Source of the DNA: a virus | Taxonomy: Duplodnaviria; Caudoviricetes | Virus record (IMG/VR): IMGVR_UViG_3300032030_002802 | Span: 135,079-199,078 of that record | Direction: 5' to 3' (one strand) | Length of the DNA: 64,000 nt | In this document: positions 9,928 to 19,574 of the stretch, piece after piece | How positions within the stretch are numbered: position 1 is the first letter of the stretch | Layout of the letters: every line of letters starts with the position of its first letter | Notes under the pieces: generated by a model | Databases searched by the model: none | What the model was told of the DNA's origin: nothing | What the model saw: only the letters and a program-made list of their open reading frames with translations | Program-made: the position numbers and the translations under genes

Positions 9928-10365
9928 TCAGTTGATGGTGCCCCAGCCCAGATCCACGTTCACCGAACGCTTCATGGTGGCAACCCACTGCTTGTACTCG
10001 TCCCATAGACGGCCCCCTGCGGAGTCGTACTGCTGGTACTTGTTCTGATCGTCGACCGACAGCCCGCCGGCGCTGTACTGCAGCTGGTTGCGGCGGTACG
10101 CGTGAGCGGCCATGAACAGGAGGTTCGCGGCCGTGCCCCTGAGCAGGGCGTACCTGTACGGGAACTTGTCGTAGTCGTACGCCCCCACGTACGGCGGAGT
10201 CTCGTTCCAGTAGTCCACCGCGTGCGTCATGGCCGCACGTATCTCCTCGGTGGTGAACTGATAGTCGTCAAGCAACAGGTTGGCGTCGGGATCGTTGTCC
10301 CGCAGCCACACCCTGACGTCCACGTCCGTCAGGTACCCGCCGTTGCCTGTCGGGCCGAGCGGCAT
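9928..10365 (-). CDS. Probable head-tail adaptor, 145 aa
   Basis: Helical pattern (DVRVWLRD...FTTEEIRAAM...YSAGGLSVD); lies after the capsid gene. Confidence 0.5.
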   Translation of the reverse strand: MPLGPTGNGGYLTDVDVRVWLRDNDPDANLLLDDYQFTTEEIRAAMTHAVDYWNETPPYVGAYDYDKFPYRYALLRGTAANLLFMAAHAYRRNQLQYSAGGLSVDDQNKYQQYDSAGGRLWDEYKQWVATMKRSVNVDLGWGTIN

Positions 10366-10367
10366 CG

Positions 10368-10547
10368 CTACACGGCCTCCATCACTGACGCAAACCCGGC
10401 GTCGAACTCGTCCGGATGCGCCGTATGCTGCGCGAGACCCACGGACAGCTCGAGCAGGTCCCTGACCTGCTCGCCCTGCAGACCGGCGTCCTCGGCGACC
10501 TTGGCGAAGCCATCCATGAAGCAGTCAAGTATGTTCTCGTCGTTCAT
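10368..10547 (-). CDS. Small hypothetical protein (59 aa) carrying the F-x-x-G-F-x-K-x-A motif
   Basis: ATG at 10547 (downstream of the tRNA): MNDENILDCFMDGFAKVAEDAG. Confidence 0.6.
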   Translation of the reverse strand: MNDENILDCFMDGFAKVAEDAGLQGEQVRDLLELSVGLAQHTAHPDEFDAGFASVMEAV

Positions 10548-10577
10548 AGCGGTATACGCGTGTCTGTTACGGTAAAA

Positions 10578-10669
10578 TGGCGGAGGGGGTGGGATTTGAA
10601 CCCACGGTGCAACTGTCGTCGCACGGCGATTTAGCAAACCACTGCCTTAAGCCACTCGGCCACCCCTCC
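10578..10669 (-). tRNA. tRNA-Ser (anticodon GCU), long variable arm, encoded CCA
   Basis: GGAGGGGTGGCCGAGTGGCTTAAGGCAGTGGT-TTGCTAA-ATCGCCGTGCGACGACAGTTGCACCGTGGGTTCAAATCCCACCCCCTCCGCCA. Confidence 0.95.
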
Positions 10670-10673
10670 AGCA

Positions 10674-10706
10674 AACGGGGCCCGGCCCGTCAAGACCGAG
10701 CCCCGC
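10674..10706 (-). terminator. GC-rich hairpin between capsid gene and tRNA (weak terminator or processing stem)
   Basis: GCGGGGCTCGGTC pairs with GGCCGGGCCCCGT (with G-U pairs), followed by a short T run. Confidence 0.4.
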
Positions 10707-10725
10707 TGCCTGGCTGGCGACGTCC

Positions 10726-11760
10726 TTAGAGGACCGCGCCAGGACCCCAGCCGGCCTTGCCGTCCCTCTGCGGGAACTTCAGGGTGGTGCCGGTGGGAAC
10801 CGTCGAGGGCTTGCCCGTCTGGTTGAAGCGGGCGAGCGCGACGCCGGCGATGTTGCCGAGGCCGAAGCCGCCGGTCCAGTAGGACCACATCTCGAGGAAG
10901 TACGCCTCCTTCTTCATGAACATGGTCCAGTCGTCAAGGTAGTAGGCCTTGCCGAGGAACTCAGGCGCAGCGAAGAAGTACACGTAGTTGTCCGGAACGA
11001 GAGCGGACTTGATCGTGAAGAGGCACTTGACCCCCATGATCGTGTCCATCGTGAGGCCGTTCTTGAACATCTCCTGCGCAAGGTCGCCACCGACCTCGTC
11101 GCGCTTCAGCTTCAGGAGGTCCTGGGCCGTCACGTCATTCATGAGGCAGATGTAGTTGCGGAGGTTGAACTTGCCCTGCTTGTTGCCGCGAGGCATGAGC
11201 TTCTTGGCTTCCGCGAAGGTCTCGCGGTTGAGCGGGTCGTAGAAGTCAATCAACTGCTTCTTGCCGGTGACGATGTTGACACCGTTCGCGTCGCAGTTGA
11301 AGATGATCGAGTTGATCGTCTCGATGAACTTGCCGTCGATCGTCGCGAGGCCGTCCTTGATGGAGTTGTCGACGAGCACCTTGCGGATGTCCATACGGTA
11401 CGTACGGAGCTCGTCGATGTCCTTCTGGAACTTCGGCGTGAGGACGCGGGTGAACGGAATCGCGAAGCGCGGCCCGGTGATGTACTCGCCGGTCGGCGCC
11501 GTCTCGAACGGCACCCACATCGCGCCGGGACCGTCGGGTTCGATCTCCTCGATGATCTGGAGGCGTTCGTCGAGCGTGCGGTCAAGCATGTCGTTGGTCG
11601 CCTTCTGGGGCGGGAGGATCTTGAACGCGAACGAGTCTTCGCGGATGTGGTTGCGGATGTAATCCGTAGCCGCGTCCTCCGCGACTTTCACGTTTCCGCG
11701 CTGGAGCTGCTCGAGGATACGGGCGTTCATCATCGCGGTACTGACATTCTGTGTGGACAT
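10726..11760 (-). CDS. Major capsid protein (HK97-like fold), 344 aa
   Basis: Follows protease, scaffold and decoration genes; IREDSFAFKILPP...PKFQKDIDELRTYRMDI pattern; strongly biased codon use. Confidence 0.8.
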   Translation of the reverse strand: MSTQNVSTAMMNARILEQLQRGNVKVAEDAATDYIRNHIREDSFAFKILPPQKATNDMLDRTLDERLQIIEEIEPDGPGAMWVPFETAPTGEYITGPRFAIPFTRVLTPKFQKDIDELRTYRMDIRKVLVDNSIKDGLATIDGKFIETINSIIFNCDANGVNIVTGKKQLIDFYDPLNRETFAEAKKLMPRGNKQGKFNLRNYICLMNDVTAQDLLKLKRDEVGGDLAQEMFKNGLTMDTIMGVKCLFTIKSALVPDNYVYFFAAPEFLGKAYYLDDWTMFMKKEAYFLEMWSYWTGGFGLGNIAGVALARFNQTGKPSTVPTGTTLKFPQRDGKAGWGPGAVL

Positions 11761-11778
11761 GGTGGGTATCTCCTTTCC

Positions 11779-12603
11779 TTACTTGCCCTGGGGTTTGTTC
11801 GCCGGAGCGGGAGCCGCAGGCGCGGGAGCCGCAGGCGCGGCAGGCGCGGGGGCCGCAGGGGCCTTCACGTCGGAAGCCGCGGCGGTCGCGGGCTTGCCGA
11901 CCTGGAGCGGCTTGACGTTGCCGTCGGCGCCGCCGGTCGCCGCGACGGGGATCCAGGCGGTCGAGAACTCGATCACCATGGCGTTGCCGCCGCTGATGCG
12001 GGCGCCGTCCTTGCTCGCGCCGAGGTCGTTGATCCAGCGGACAAACGGAACCGCGGTCACGTAGCCGACGATGTTCGTGGGATTCGACGCGTCATACGGC
12101 GCGAGCTTGCCATCGGCGATGGTGAGCGGCTGGCCGACATAGTACGAATCCTTCTGCGCCTTGTCGAACGCAGTCGTCTGGTACTCGGCCGGCTGCAGCA
12201 GGCTGATGCCGGTGATGCGGGGACCCTCGATCCCGTCCTGCGCGCCGAAATACGTAGGATTGGACTCGACGCCGTCCCTGTCGATGAACGCCAGGTTGTC
12301 GCCGGTCGCCTTCGTGTACTCCTTGTCGATACCATCCGCCTCCGGCGCCTGGCCGATGTTGCCGGCCATGCCGGCCTGGAAATCGTTGATTCCCATGAGG
12401 GCGATGTACGGAACGGCATTGGGCTTGGCGGCCTGCTCCGCGGTGTAGAGCGCGAAACGGGGAGTCTTGCGGGCGCCCGTCGCGTTGATGTACATGAACG
12501 AGCCACGCTCGATGTTGAGGTTGGCACCGGACTTCTCAACGGGCAGCGTCTTGTCGAGCTGACCGAGCGTGAGGTGCGCGCCTTTCAATGGACTGAACCA
12601 CAT
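11779..12603 (-). CDS. Probable capsid decoration/cement protein with Pro-Ala tail, 274 aa
   Basis: Immediately upstream of the MCP; YYVGQPLTIADGKL...IVGYVT beta-rich motif. Confidence 0.5.
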   Translation of the reverse strand: MWFSPLKGAHLTLGQLDKTLPVEKSGANLNIERGSFMYINATGARKTPRFALYTAEQAAKPNAVPYIALMGINDFQAGMAGNIGQAPEADGIDKEYTKATGDNLAFIDRDGVESNPTYFGAQDGIEGPRITGISLLQPAEYQTTAFDKAQKDSYYVGQPLTIADGKLAPYDASNPTNIVGYVTAVPFVRWINDLGASKDGARISGGNAMVIEFSTAWIPVAATGGADGNVKPLQVGKPATAAASDVKAPAAPAPAAPAAPAPAAPAPANKPQGK

Positions 12604-12627
12604 AGGTCTGTCTCCTTGTTTGTTGTG

Positions 12628-12984
12628 TTAATCCGCTACTTGACCGTACTCCGGATGAAGCTCCGGGAACAGCCTCGCCTCCCACGGATCTACTGAGGAG
12701 GCGGATTTTATCCCGGCCGGAGCCCCGCTACCCAGCGAGTCGGCCGTGAAAGAACTTGCGAGCTTCTCGACGAAACCCCAGATGGAAGAGGGATCCTCCG
12801 CGACCTTCTGGACGAAGACGTCCACGGATTCGCGGGCGATGAGCCCCTGGTCGGCGAGGACCTTCGCCGCACCAGAGGCCCCCTTCACGAAGGTGTCGCG
12901 CTGAGCCTTGTATGCGTCCAGCTGCGGCTGTACGAGTTTGACGTAGTCCGCCGCTTTCTTCAATATCTCTTCGTGACTTGCCAT
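12628..12984 (-). CDS. Small head-module protein rich in K-x-A motifs, 118 aa
   Basis: KKA, KGA, KVA, KLA and KSA in 118 aa; lies between scaffold and decoration genes. Confidence 0.6.
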   Translation of the reverse strand: MASHEEILKKAADYVKLVQPQLDAYKAQRDTFVKGASGAAKVLADQGLIARESVDVFVQKVAEDPSSIWGFVEKLASSFTADSLGSGAPAGIKSASSVDPWEARLFPELHPEYGQVAD

Positions 12985-12996
12985 GTCGCGCCCTCC

Positions 12997-14844
12997 TTAC
13001 TTCGCAGCAGCCCTCGCCGCACGCGCCGCGTTGATAGCGGCGATGAGCTTGGACTCAGCCGTCTTCGGCTCGTCAGTCGGCGCGCCAGCCGCCGCGTCGG
13101 CAGCGGCAGGGGCCGCGGCCGCAGCAGCACCGGCGTCGGCGGCAGGTGCCGCAGCCGCGGCGCCCTCCTCCGGCGCGGGAACCCCCTCGAGCTCGCCGAG
13201 AACCTGCTGGACGTCCTGCGGCGTTAGCTCGCCGCTGGCGACGGCCTCCTGCAGCGCGGTCGCAATCTCCTCGGGGTTGACGTCGCCGGCTGCGCCGTCG
13301 CCGTCACCGTCGGCCCCGGCGCCTGCGTCGCCCCCGACGATCTCCTGGACGAGCTGGTCGGCCTCGTCCTCGGTGATCTCGCCGGACTGCACGAGCGTGT
13401 CGATGGCGTCAGCGACGTCGTCGGGGGAAATGTCGCCGACGCCGCCCTGGGGCACGGAATTGGGGTCAAGCTGCGAAGGGTCGACGGCAACCGTCTGGTC
13501 GATCGCCGCGTCTCCGGCGGCGGGCGCCGCGGCGGCCGCTGCGTCAGGCGCAGCCTGTGCGGCCTTCTCCCCGCCGGCATCGGCGGCTGCAGGGGCCGCG
13601 GCAGCACCGGCGTCCCCGGCGTCCCCGGCGTTCCCGGCACCGCCACCGTCAGCGAGAGCCTGTGCCAGCTCGACGACGACCTGGTCGGCCTCGTCCTCGG
13701 TGATCTCGCCTGACTCGACCATTGCGTCAAGCGTGTCCGCGATCTCCGCAATGCCGCCGTCATCGCCGCCGGCACCGCCGTCGTCGCCACCGCCCGCAGC
13801 CGCGAGGGCCTCGGCCGCCTCGGCGTCCTGGGCCTGCTTGAGGATGAGGTTGATGGCGTCCTGCCGGCCCGCGTTGAACTCGGCCTGCTTCTCCGCGAGA
13901 TCGTTCTGCTCGCGCAGGAAATTGAGGGTCTTCTCGGCGGCCTCCGCGCCGGCGGCCTTTGCGAGCACGCTCTCGGCGAGCTTGGTGCCCTCCTCGGTCG
14001 CAAGCATCACGGCCGCGATCTTCGCGAGCACGTCGCTGGTGAGCTCCATGTCGAGCGCGCCTGCGGCCTTCGCTGGCTTGGCGTCCTTGCAGTCCTTGGC
14101 GTCCTTGGCAGCCTGCGCGGCCTTGGCCTTGCACTTCTCGCACTTGCCGCACGTGCATTCACCGGCGGCAGCTCCGGCGGCCTTCGCGGCCGCCGCGGTC
14201 TCGCCGGACGAACCCTCGCCGGTGGCCGGGACGGTCGCGTCAGTGGTGACCTCGGGCTTCTTGGTGGGCGGGATGACGTCCTTCGTCTGCTCCGGCTCCT
14301 TGCCCTTGTCGGTAATCAAGGCCTCGGCCGTGCCCGCGCCTGCCGCGGGCGGCGTGTCGGAAGCTGTCTTCTGCTCGGCGCCCTGCTGCTCGGCGGGCTT
14401 TGCGGCTGCCCCCTCGGCGGCTGCACCTGCGTCAGCGGCTGATCCCTTGGAGGCGGCCTCCTTGGCGGCGGCCTCCTTGGCGGCGTACCACGCGTCGACG
14501 CCGGTGATGATCTCCGCCGCAAGCGATTCGGCCGTCTTCGCGTCCGCGTCGGACGTGACCTCGGGCTTCTTGGTGGGCGTAAGCGCCGCCTCGCCGGCCA
14601 GGAGGTCGTTCGTGTGGGTGATCTTGCTGTCGTCGCCAGCTCCGGACGTATTGAGACCCGAGTTCGGGACCATCGTCTGGTCCTTGGTCTCCTTGTCGGG
14701 CTCCTTCGCCTCTGCCGGCGGCTTGCCGTCGTGCTCGGAACCGGGAATGCTCGACGGCGGTGTGCCGACGATTTCAGCCTTCTTGGTCTCCAGCGACTTG
14801 CGGAGGCCCCTGATGTAGTCTAGTGTAGGATGTGCCATCTTCAT
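12997..14844 (-). CDS. Probable capsid scaffold protein (Ala/acidic, internal repeats), 615 aa
   Basis: Follows the protease; low complexity; repeats PTKKPEVT x2 and (E/Q)SGE(I/L)T x3; many K-x-A. Confidence 0.6.
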   Translation of the reverse strand: MKMAHPTLDYIRGLRKSLETKKAEIVGTPPSSIPGSEHDGKPPAEAKEPDKETKDQTMVPNSGLNTSGAGDDSKITHTNDLLAGEAALTPTKKPEVTSDADAKTAESLAAEIITGVDAWYAAKEAAAKEAASKGSAADAGAAAEGAAAKPAEQQGAEQKTASDTPPAAGAGTAEALITDKGKEPEQTKDVIPPTKKPEVTTDATVPATGEGSSGETAAAAKAAGAAAGECTCGKCEKCKAKAAQAAKDAKDCKDAKPAKAAGALDMELTSDVLAKIAAVMLATEEGTKLAESVLAKAAGAEAAEKTLNFLREQNDLAEKQAEFNAGRQDAINLILKQAQDAEAAEALAAAGGGDDGGAGGDDGGIAEIADTLDAMVESGEITEDEADQVVVELAQALADGGGAGNAGDAGDAGAAAAPAAADAGGEKAAQAAPDAAAAAAPAAGDAAIDQTVAVDPSQLDPNSVPQGGVGDISPDDVADAIDTLVQSGEITEDEADQLVQEIVGGDAGAGADGDGDGAAGDVNPEEIATALQEAVASGELTPQDVQQVLGELEGVPAPEEGAAAAAPAADAGAAAAAAPAAADAAAGAPTDEPKTAESKLIAAINAARAARAAAK

Positions 14845-14852
14845 TTTCTCTT

Positions 14853-16292
14853 TTAGAGATCCTGCGCGGCAACCAGGGCCAGCAAAGCATCTCGGTTCGT
14901 ATTTGACCCACCGACCTGTGCAGCCCCGTTGAGCGCCGCGGTCAAGGTCGAGACCTTGTACTCCGCGTACTTCAACGCAGTAGCCAGTATCGGCTTGTCG
15001 ATAGTATTAAAACATAATTCACGCGCACCGTCAATATGTGCACCTGCAACTTTTTGAAAATCCCCAGCTCCGTCGATCATAGTGCTGGCGATCATGTCGC
15101 CGACGCTGTCGGTGTCCGTGAACGAAGCCTGCTTCACGCAGGCGTCGGCTGCGGCCACCTCGGAGAACCGCCGCGACGGCCGGGTGGTGAACCTGTCCAC
15201 GTCGAAGTCGCTCGCCCCGGTGAAGTCGAAACGGCCGAGCCACGCGGCCTCCTTGATGGCCTGGGCCGCGAGCCGCCCGACCTCGGCGGCACGCGGGCCG
15301 ACCTCGGCGTACTCGGCGCTCTTCGGGCCCATCGCGTAGCGGCAGAACGCGTCCGGGCCGAGAAACGTCCCGTTGTCGACCAGAAACGCCATGGCCTCCT
15401 TGATCGGCATCCTGCGGAGGGTGTCGATCGTGGCGTCGTCCACACGCGCCTCAGCGGCCTTGGCCACGGGGCCGAAGACCTTGCAGGTATCCGGGGAACG
15501 GGCGTAGTCGTCGTACTGGTCGGCGAGGGCTCGGACGGTCTGGTGCTTGTCGGCCGCAAGGCAGGCGTCGAGCCACGGAGGCTCCACCACGCCGGCCGCC
15601 TTGGCGAGCATCTCGCTCGTCATGGTCTCGCCGGACGCGACCTTCAGGCTGTACGCGATGCGGTCCGCCGGGCGAGGCACGAAGCTGATGTCGAAGAAGT
15701 CGGGCAGGACGTTGCGCATAAACGCCACCTTGCCGTTCTCGGCCACCTTGCCGAGCCCGTTCCGGATGTGGTCGCACATGTTCGGGTCAGCGTTGTTCTT
15801 GCGGTGCGCGCCGCAGACCGAGCACTCGTCCCACGGGACGCGGCAGGCCATGCTGAAGCTGCACTCGCCGGTCTTCTCCAGCGTGTCGAGCCCGGCCTTG
15901 GCCTTGTCCTTGTCGGCCCAGATGAACAGCTCGACGCGGCCCATCTTGTCGTTGTACGCCGACGCCTTGACCGTGCCGAGGATCTCGTCCTTCTCCGCGT
16001 CGTTGTGGTGGCGCCAGAACACGTGGCCGTGCTTCACGAACGTGTCGTGGTACTTGACGCACGCCTCCTTGGGGAACGAGTCGGAGTTGCGGTTCGGGCC
16101 GTAGGTCTCCTCGTCGCCGAGGGCCGTGAGGTGGATGCCGACGTACTTGTCGTCCGTCGGCTTGAGGCTGTCGTAGCTCTGGCCGAAGATGGTCTCGGCC
16201 TCCTTGGACATCGCCGGCGAGTTGAACTCGGCGAACTTCGCGCCGATCTCCGGCACGTCGGCGAACTGCGACGACTCTATGAGCTTTACCAT
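14853..16292 (-). CDS. Prohead (capsid maturation) protease with Cys/His insertion, 479 aa
   Basis: ATG at 16292 with GAGGAG RBS. PNRNSDSF, VFWRHHN, SFSMAC..DECSVCG..CDHI, FFDISFVPRPAD fit HK97-type prohead proteases. Confidence 0.75.
   Translation of the reverse strand: MVKLIESSQFADVPEIGAKFAEFNSPAMSKEAETIFGQSYDSLKPTDDKYVGIHLTALGDEETYGPNRNSDSFPKEACVKYHDTFVKHGHVFWRHHNDAEKDEILGTVKASAYNDKMGRVELFIWADKDKAKAGLDTLEKTGECSFSMACRVPWDECSVCGAHRKNNADPNMCDHIRNGLGKVAENGKVAFMRNVLPDFFDISFVPRPADRIAYSLKVASGETMTSEMLAKAAGVVEPPWLDACLAADKHQTVRALADQYDDYARSPDTCKVFGPVAKAAEARVDDATIDTLRRMPIKEAMAFLVDNGTFLGPDAFCRYAMGPKSAEYAEVGPRAAEVGRLAAQAIKEAAWLGRFDFTGASDFDVDRFTTRPSRRFSEVAAADACVKQASFTDTDSVGDMIASTMIDGAGDFQKVAGAHIDGARELCFNTIDKPILATALKYAEYKVSTLTAALNGAAQVGGSNTNRDALLALVAAQDL
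15006..15034 (-). promoter_or_regulatory. sigma70-like promoter TTGACG-N17-TTTAAT (extended TG), inside the protease gene
   Basis: AT-rich patch ~160 bp upstream of the scaffold start; would drive scaffold-decoration-capsid. Confidence 0.55.
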
Positions 16293-16303
16293 GTCCGTCT
16301 CCT

Positions 16304-17242
16304 CTACTGCTTCTTGTAGTTTGGCTGCGTGCTGGGGCCGAGCAGCTTGTGGAGCAGCATCGCGCCGCCTGCGCCGAGAAGCCCGTACTTGCCGGCGCGG
16401 AGCCCCATCCTGACGCCGGGCCCGACCTTGGGGAATATCCCCAGAAGATTCCCGGCGTGGTAGTGGCGTGCGCTGGTCCAGTTCTTGAGCCATCCCCTCG
16501 GATGCAGGATGGCGTCAAGCATGCCAGAACGCGGCATTCCGTTGCCATGCGCACCTACCTGCTGGATAAGGTCCGCGAACGAGGTGTACCCCCGCGTCAT
16601 CTTCTTGCGGAGATCACCGAGCAGCTTCAGCTCGGCTTTCGCCATCTCGGCGTCAACACCGCGCAACGACCTTACCCTGCGCCGGAGTGAATCCAGGATC
16701 CGGTTTGCACGCCTCGTGCCATCTTCGGTGGCGTCGTACATGGCCAGCCTGTTTTTCAGCGCATTGCGGATCTCCGCAGAAGCGCCGGAACGGACGGCCT
16801 CGTCGTAGAGCCTCCTCGCATCCCTCGCTGCATCCGTGCGTTTGCTGACTGCAAGCCCCCCGAGACGCTGCGTCTCGTCGCGCAGCGTCTTCACCAGTCC
16901 GACCCCCGTCGCGCCGACGCCGACGCCTGCGCCGATACCGGCGGCACGCCCGTAGTTGGAGCTGAGCTTGTCGTTGTCCGGAGCCAGGCTGCCGGAGTCG
17001 CGGAACATCGCAAGGCCCTTGGGGACGGCATACCCGGCCACTCCTCCGAGCAGCGCGCCGGTGAGCGCGTCGCCGACCGGCGCGAGCTTGCTCTCCTCGG
17101 GATCCCGCTCGCCGAGCAGGCTGGAGCCGCCCAGCACGAGCCCGCCAAGCGCGGACCCGATGATCGCGTTGCGCGCGTCCGACCTGGACATCATCTTGCT
17201 CCAGTCGACGGACGACACCATGTCCTTGAGTGAATTGGCCAT
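16304..17242 (-). CDS. Hypothetical glycine-zipper membrane-type protein, 312 aa
   Basis: Several GxxxG hydrophobic segments; basic. Confidence 0.7.
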   Translation of the reverse strand: MANSLKDMVSSVDWSKMMSRSDARNAIIGSALGGLVLGGSSLLGERDPEESKLAPVGDALTGALLGGVAGYAVPKGLAMFRDSGSLAPDNDKLSSNYGRAAGIGAGVGVGATGVGLVKTLRDETQRLGGLAVSKRTDAARDARRLYDEAVRSGASAEIRNALKNRLAMYDATEDGTRRANRILDSLRRRVRSLRGVDAEMAKAELKLLGDLRKKMTRGYTSFADLIQQVGAHGNGMPRSGMLDAILHPRGWLKNWTSARHYHAGNLLGIFPKVGPGVRMGLRAGKYGLLGAGGAMLLHKLLGPSTQPNYKKQ

Positions 17243-18579
17243 CAGTCCTCCTTCCTGCCCGCCGCGGGCGTCTTGGGGTCATACGCCTGGTGGCGCGCCT
17301 TGTCCACATCCGCCAGCGTCTTGGCGTCGTACGGGGACAGGGCCACCGACTGCACCACGCTGCGGAGCATGCTGCGGAGCACCTCCTTGTTGAGCGTGGT
17401 GTCAGGCGAAATCTGGTTCACGGACCGGAACGCCGCTATCACGGCGCTCGGGTCCTCCTGCGACAGCACCTTGTCGCGCACGAGCAGGTCCTGGAGGATG
17501 AGCTGTCGGCGGAGGTTGTTGACGCCCTCTGTCGCCTTCTCGATACGGCGCGCGGAGCCGTTGTCATGGTAGCCCTTCGCAGTGTCGGCCAGGTATGCCA
17601 GAAAGGAGGTAGTCATGCCACCACCGGAACCGGAGCCGCCTCCCCCTTTGCCGGGGGCCTGCTGGCGCTGGACCGGCGTCGCCGTGCGGCGCTGGTACTC
17701 GCCGAGGACGCGCTGCTTCAGCAGAAGGCGCTCGAGGGCGTCCTTGTCGTCCGGAAGAGTCTCCGGGAGCGACGCGTCCGGTACAGACTGGGCCTGCTTG
17801 CGCATCTCCCCCGCGTAGGCCTCCAGGGCCGCGGCCTCGGCCGCGAAATCGGCAGCCTCCTTGATGGCCGCGACGACGTCCCCGAGGTCGCTGACGTCCA
17901 CCACGTGCATGGCGGCGTACTTGTCCAGCAACGATACGTCGGGATCCGAGGCGACCGGCAGGAACTCCGCGACCTTCTCGACGCCCGGCGCGTACCGGTC
18001 GTCCAGCGCGTAGGCCGCCACGAGGCGGGCCACGCGGTCGTGCACGTTGTCGATGCTCACGTTGCGCGAGATGGCCATCGCGATCTTCTCGGCGAGCTCG
18101 TCGGCCATGGAATACGCCGCGCGGGCCTCCTCCTCGGCAGTCTTGACGCACTCGCGGACGGTCTCCGCCGCGCGGACAGCGAGCCAGTCCTTGGCCTCCT
18201 CGGAGAGCGGGGCGTCAGTCACGACGAACTCGGCCATCTTGACCTCTGGGACGACGTAGTCGACCTCGTCCTGCTGGTAGCAGCCGTAGTCGTACTTGTC
18301 GTACTCCGCGGCCTTCTCGGCGGCCGCAGGGGCGGTGAGCCGGCCGTGCACCGTCTCCTTGTCGGCGAGCGAGCACGGGCTGGTCCTGTCGGAGGCCGCC
18401 TTGTAGTGGCAGATGACGCGGGCCGTGTTGAACGTCTCGACGAGGCGATCCGCCTGGTCCTCGTTGAACCCCGCCTCGTTCGCGGCCTTGACGACCGCCG
18501 CGTTCGGGTCGCCCGTGTCCTGGAAATAGGACACGGCGCTCGTAAGCGCGTCCTTCAGCTGTGTCTTGAATGAACTCAT
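17242..18579 (-). CDS. Hypothetical head-module protein with dense K-x-A motifs, 445 aa
   Basis: Coupled ORF with GC3-biased codons; KAA, KMA, KTA, KIA, KVA, KEA, KQA. Confidence 0.75.
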   Translation of the reverse strand: MSSFKTQLKDALTSAVSYFQDTGDPNAAVVKAANEAGFNEDQADRLVETFNTARVICHYKAASDRTSPCSLADKETVHGRLTAPAAAEKAAEYDKYDYGCYQQDEVDYVVPEVKMAEFVVTDAPLSEEAKDWLAVRAAETVRECVKTAEEEARAAYSMADELAEKIAMAISRNVSIDNVHDRVARLVAAYALDDRYAPGVEKVAEFLPVASDPDVSLLDKYAAMHVVDVSDLGDVVAAIKEAADFAAEAAALEAYAGEMRKQAQSVPDASLPETLPDDKDALERLLLKQRVLGEYQRRTATPVQRQQAPGKGGGGSGSGGGMTTSFLAYLADTAKGYHDNGSARRIEKATEGVNNLRRQLILQDLLVRDKVLSQEDPSAVIAAFRSVNQISPDTTLNKEVLRSMLRSVVQSVALSPYDAKTLADVDKARHQAYDPKTPAAGRKED

Positions 18580-19556
18580 TACTGTACCTCCAGTTCCTTC
18601 TCGTCCTTGAAATGCCTCGCGATGGCGGCGTCGAGCTCGGCCGCGCCGGCCTCGATGCCGTTGTCCACTATCTCCGTGTCGGAAATCGTCTTCTGTGCGG
18701 CCAGCTTCGCGCGGATCGCCGCCGTGACGGCCGGCACCGAGTCGACCACCGCCGCCGCGCCGATGATCGTCGGGCGCGTGTTCGCGAGCAGCGCCATGAG
18801 CGTCTTGGCCGTGTCGAACACCTGGCCCGTGCCGGACATCGAGTCGTGCAGCATCTTAGCCTGACCCGTGAACGCGCTCAGCAGCTTGGCGAGGCTCTCG
18901 TGCCCCACGCGGTCGCTGAATATGTGCATGAACAGCCGCGACTGCGCGACGCGCCACATCTCGTTGAGCATGTACTCGCCCGACCGCGCCGTGAGCCCCG
19001 AGGCGTCTCCCCATAGCCACATGGTGACTAGCGTGTCGTAGCCCATGAGGGCGCCGACCATCTTCCACAGACGCTCCGGCGGGGTGTTGTTGCCGAACTG
19101 CCCCTCCGGAAGGGCGAAGTACTGCCGCAGCTGGCACGACCGGCTGAGACGGCCCTTCGGGTCGCGGATGTTGAAGTAGAGCTTCTCGTACGCCTCGAAC
19201 ACGTCGTCCTGGACGTTGCCGCCGCCGATGTCCTCGGATATTACGCTGTAGTCCACGGGGGTGAGCAGCAGCGGCTCGATGCGCATCTTGACGTCCGCTA
19301 CGCTGCTGCCCTGGTACCAGGTCGACGCGAGGCGGAACACGTTGTGGCGCTTCGAGAGCGCACGGCCGGCCCTGACGTGCTGCAGGTAGTCGATCTGCCC
19401 CTTCACCCACGGATCCTGCAGGTACTCGCGGTACATGGGGTCGACCTTCGCGCGCGGGTAGTCCACGGCTGCGGTGGCGATGGCGTTGCGCCAGTCCGGG
19501 TCGAACTGAACCGGATTGTCTATTGGCGTCACTATGCTCTCGCTGCCGTAGTCCAC
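18579..19556 (-). CDS. Hypothetical protein, 325 aa
   Basis: GTG start with GGAGG RBS; coupled to the next gene. Confidence 0.75.
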   Translation of the reverse strand: MDYGSESIVTPIDNPVQFDPDWRNAIATAAVDYPRAKVDPMYREYLQDPWVKGQIDYLQHVRAGRALSKRHNVFRLASTWYQGSSVADVKMRIEPLLLTPVDYSVISEDIGGGNVQDDVFEAYEKLYFNIRDPKGRLSRSCQLRQYFALPEGQFGNNTPPERLWKMVGALMGYDTLVTMWLWGDASGLTARSGEYMLNEMWRVAQSRLFMHIFSDRVGHESLAKLLSAFTGQAKMLHDSMSGTGQVFDTAKTLMALLANTRPTIIGAAAVVDSVPAVTAAIRAKLAAQKTISDTEIVDNGIEAGAAELDAAIARHFKDEKELEVQ

Positions 19557-19574
19557 TGCGTCCTCCGTAATCGG

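Noticed and set aside
10631-10637. Possible amber suppressor tRNA (CTA within the loop) and stop-codon recoding
   Set aside because: The 7-nt loop TTGCTAA centres on GCT (Ser). Genes are full length in the standard code and TAG is used as a normal stop.
1-11760. Tailocin, eCIS or T6SS instead of a phage
   Set aside because: Capsid, scaffold, protease and neck genes are contiguous with the tail genes.
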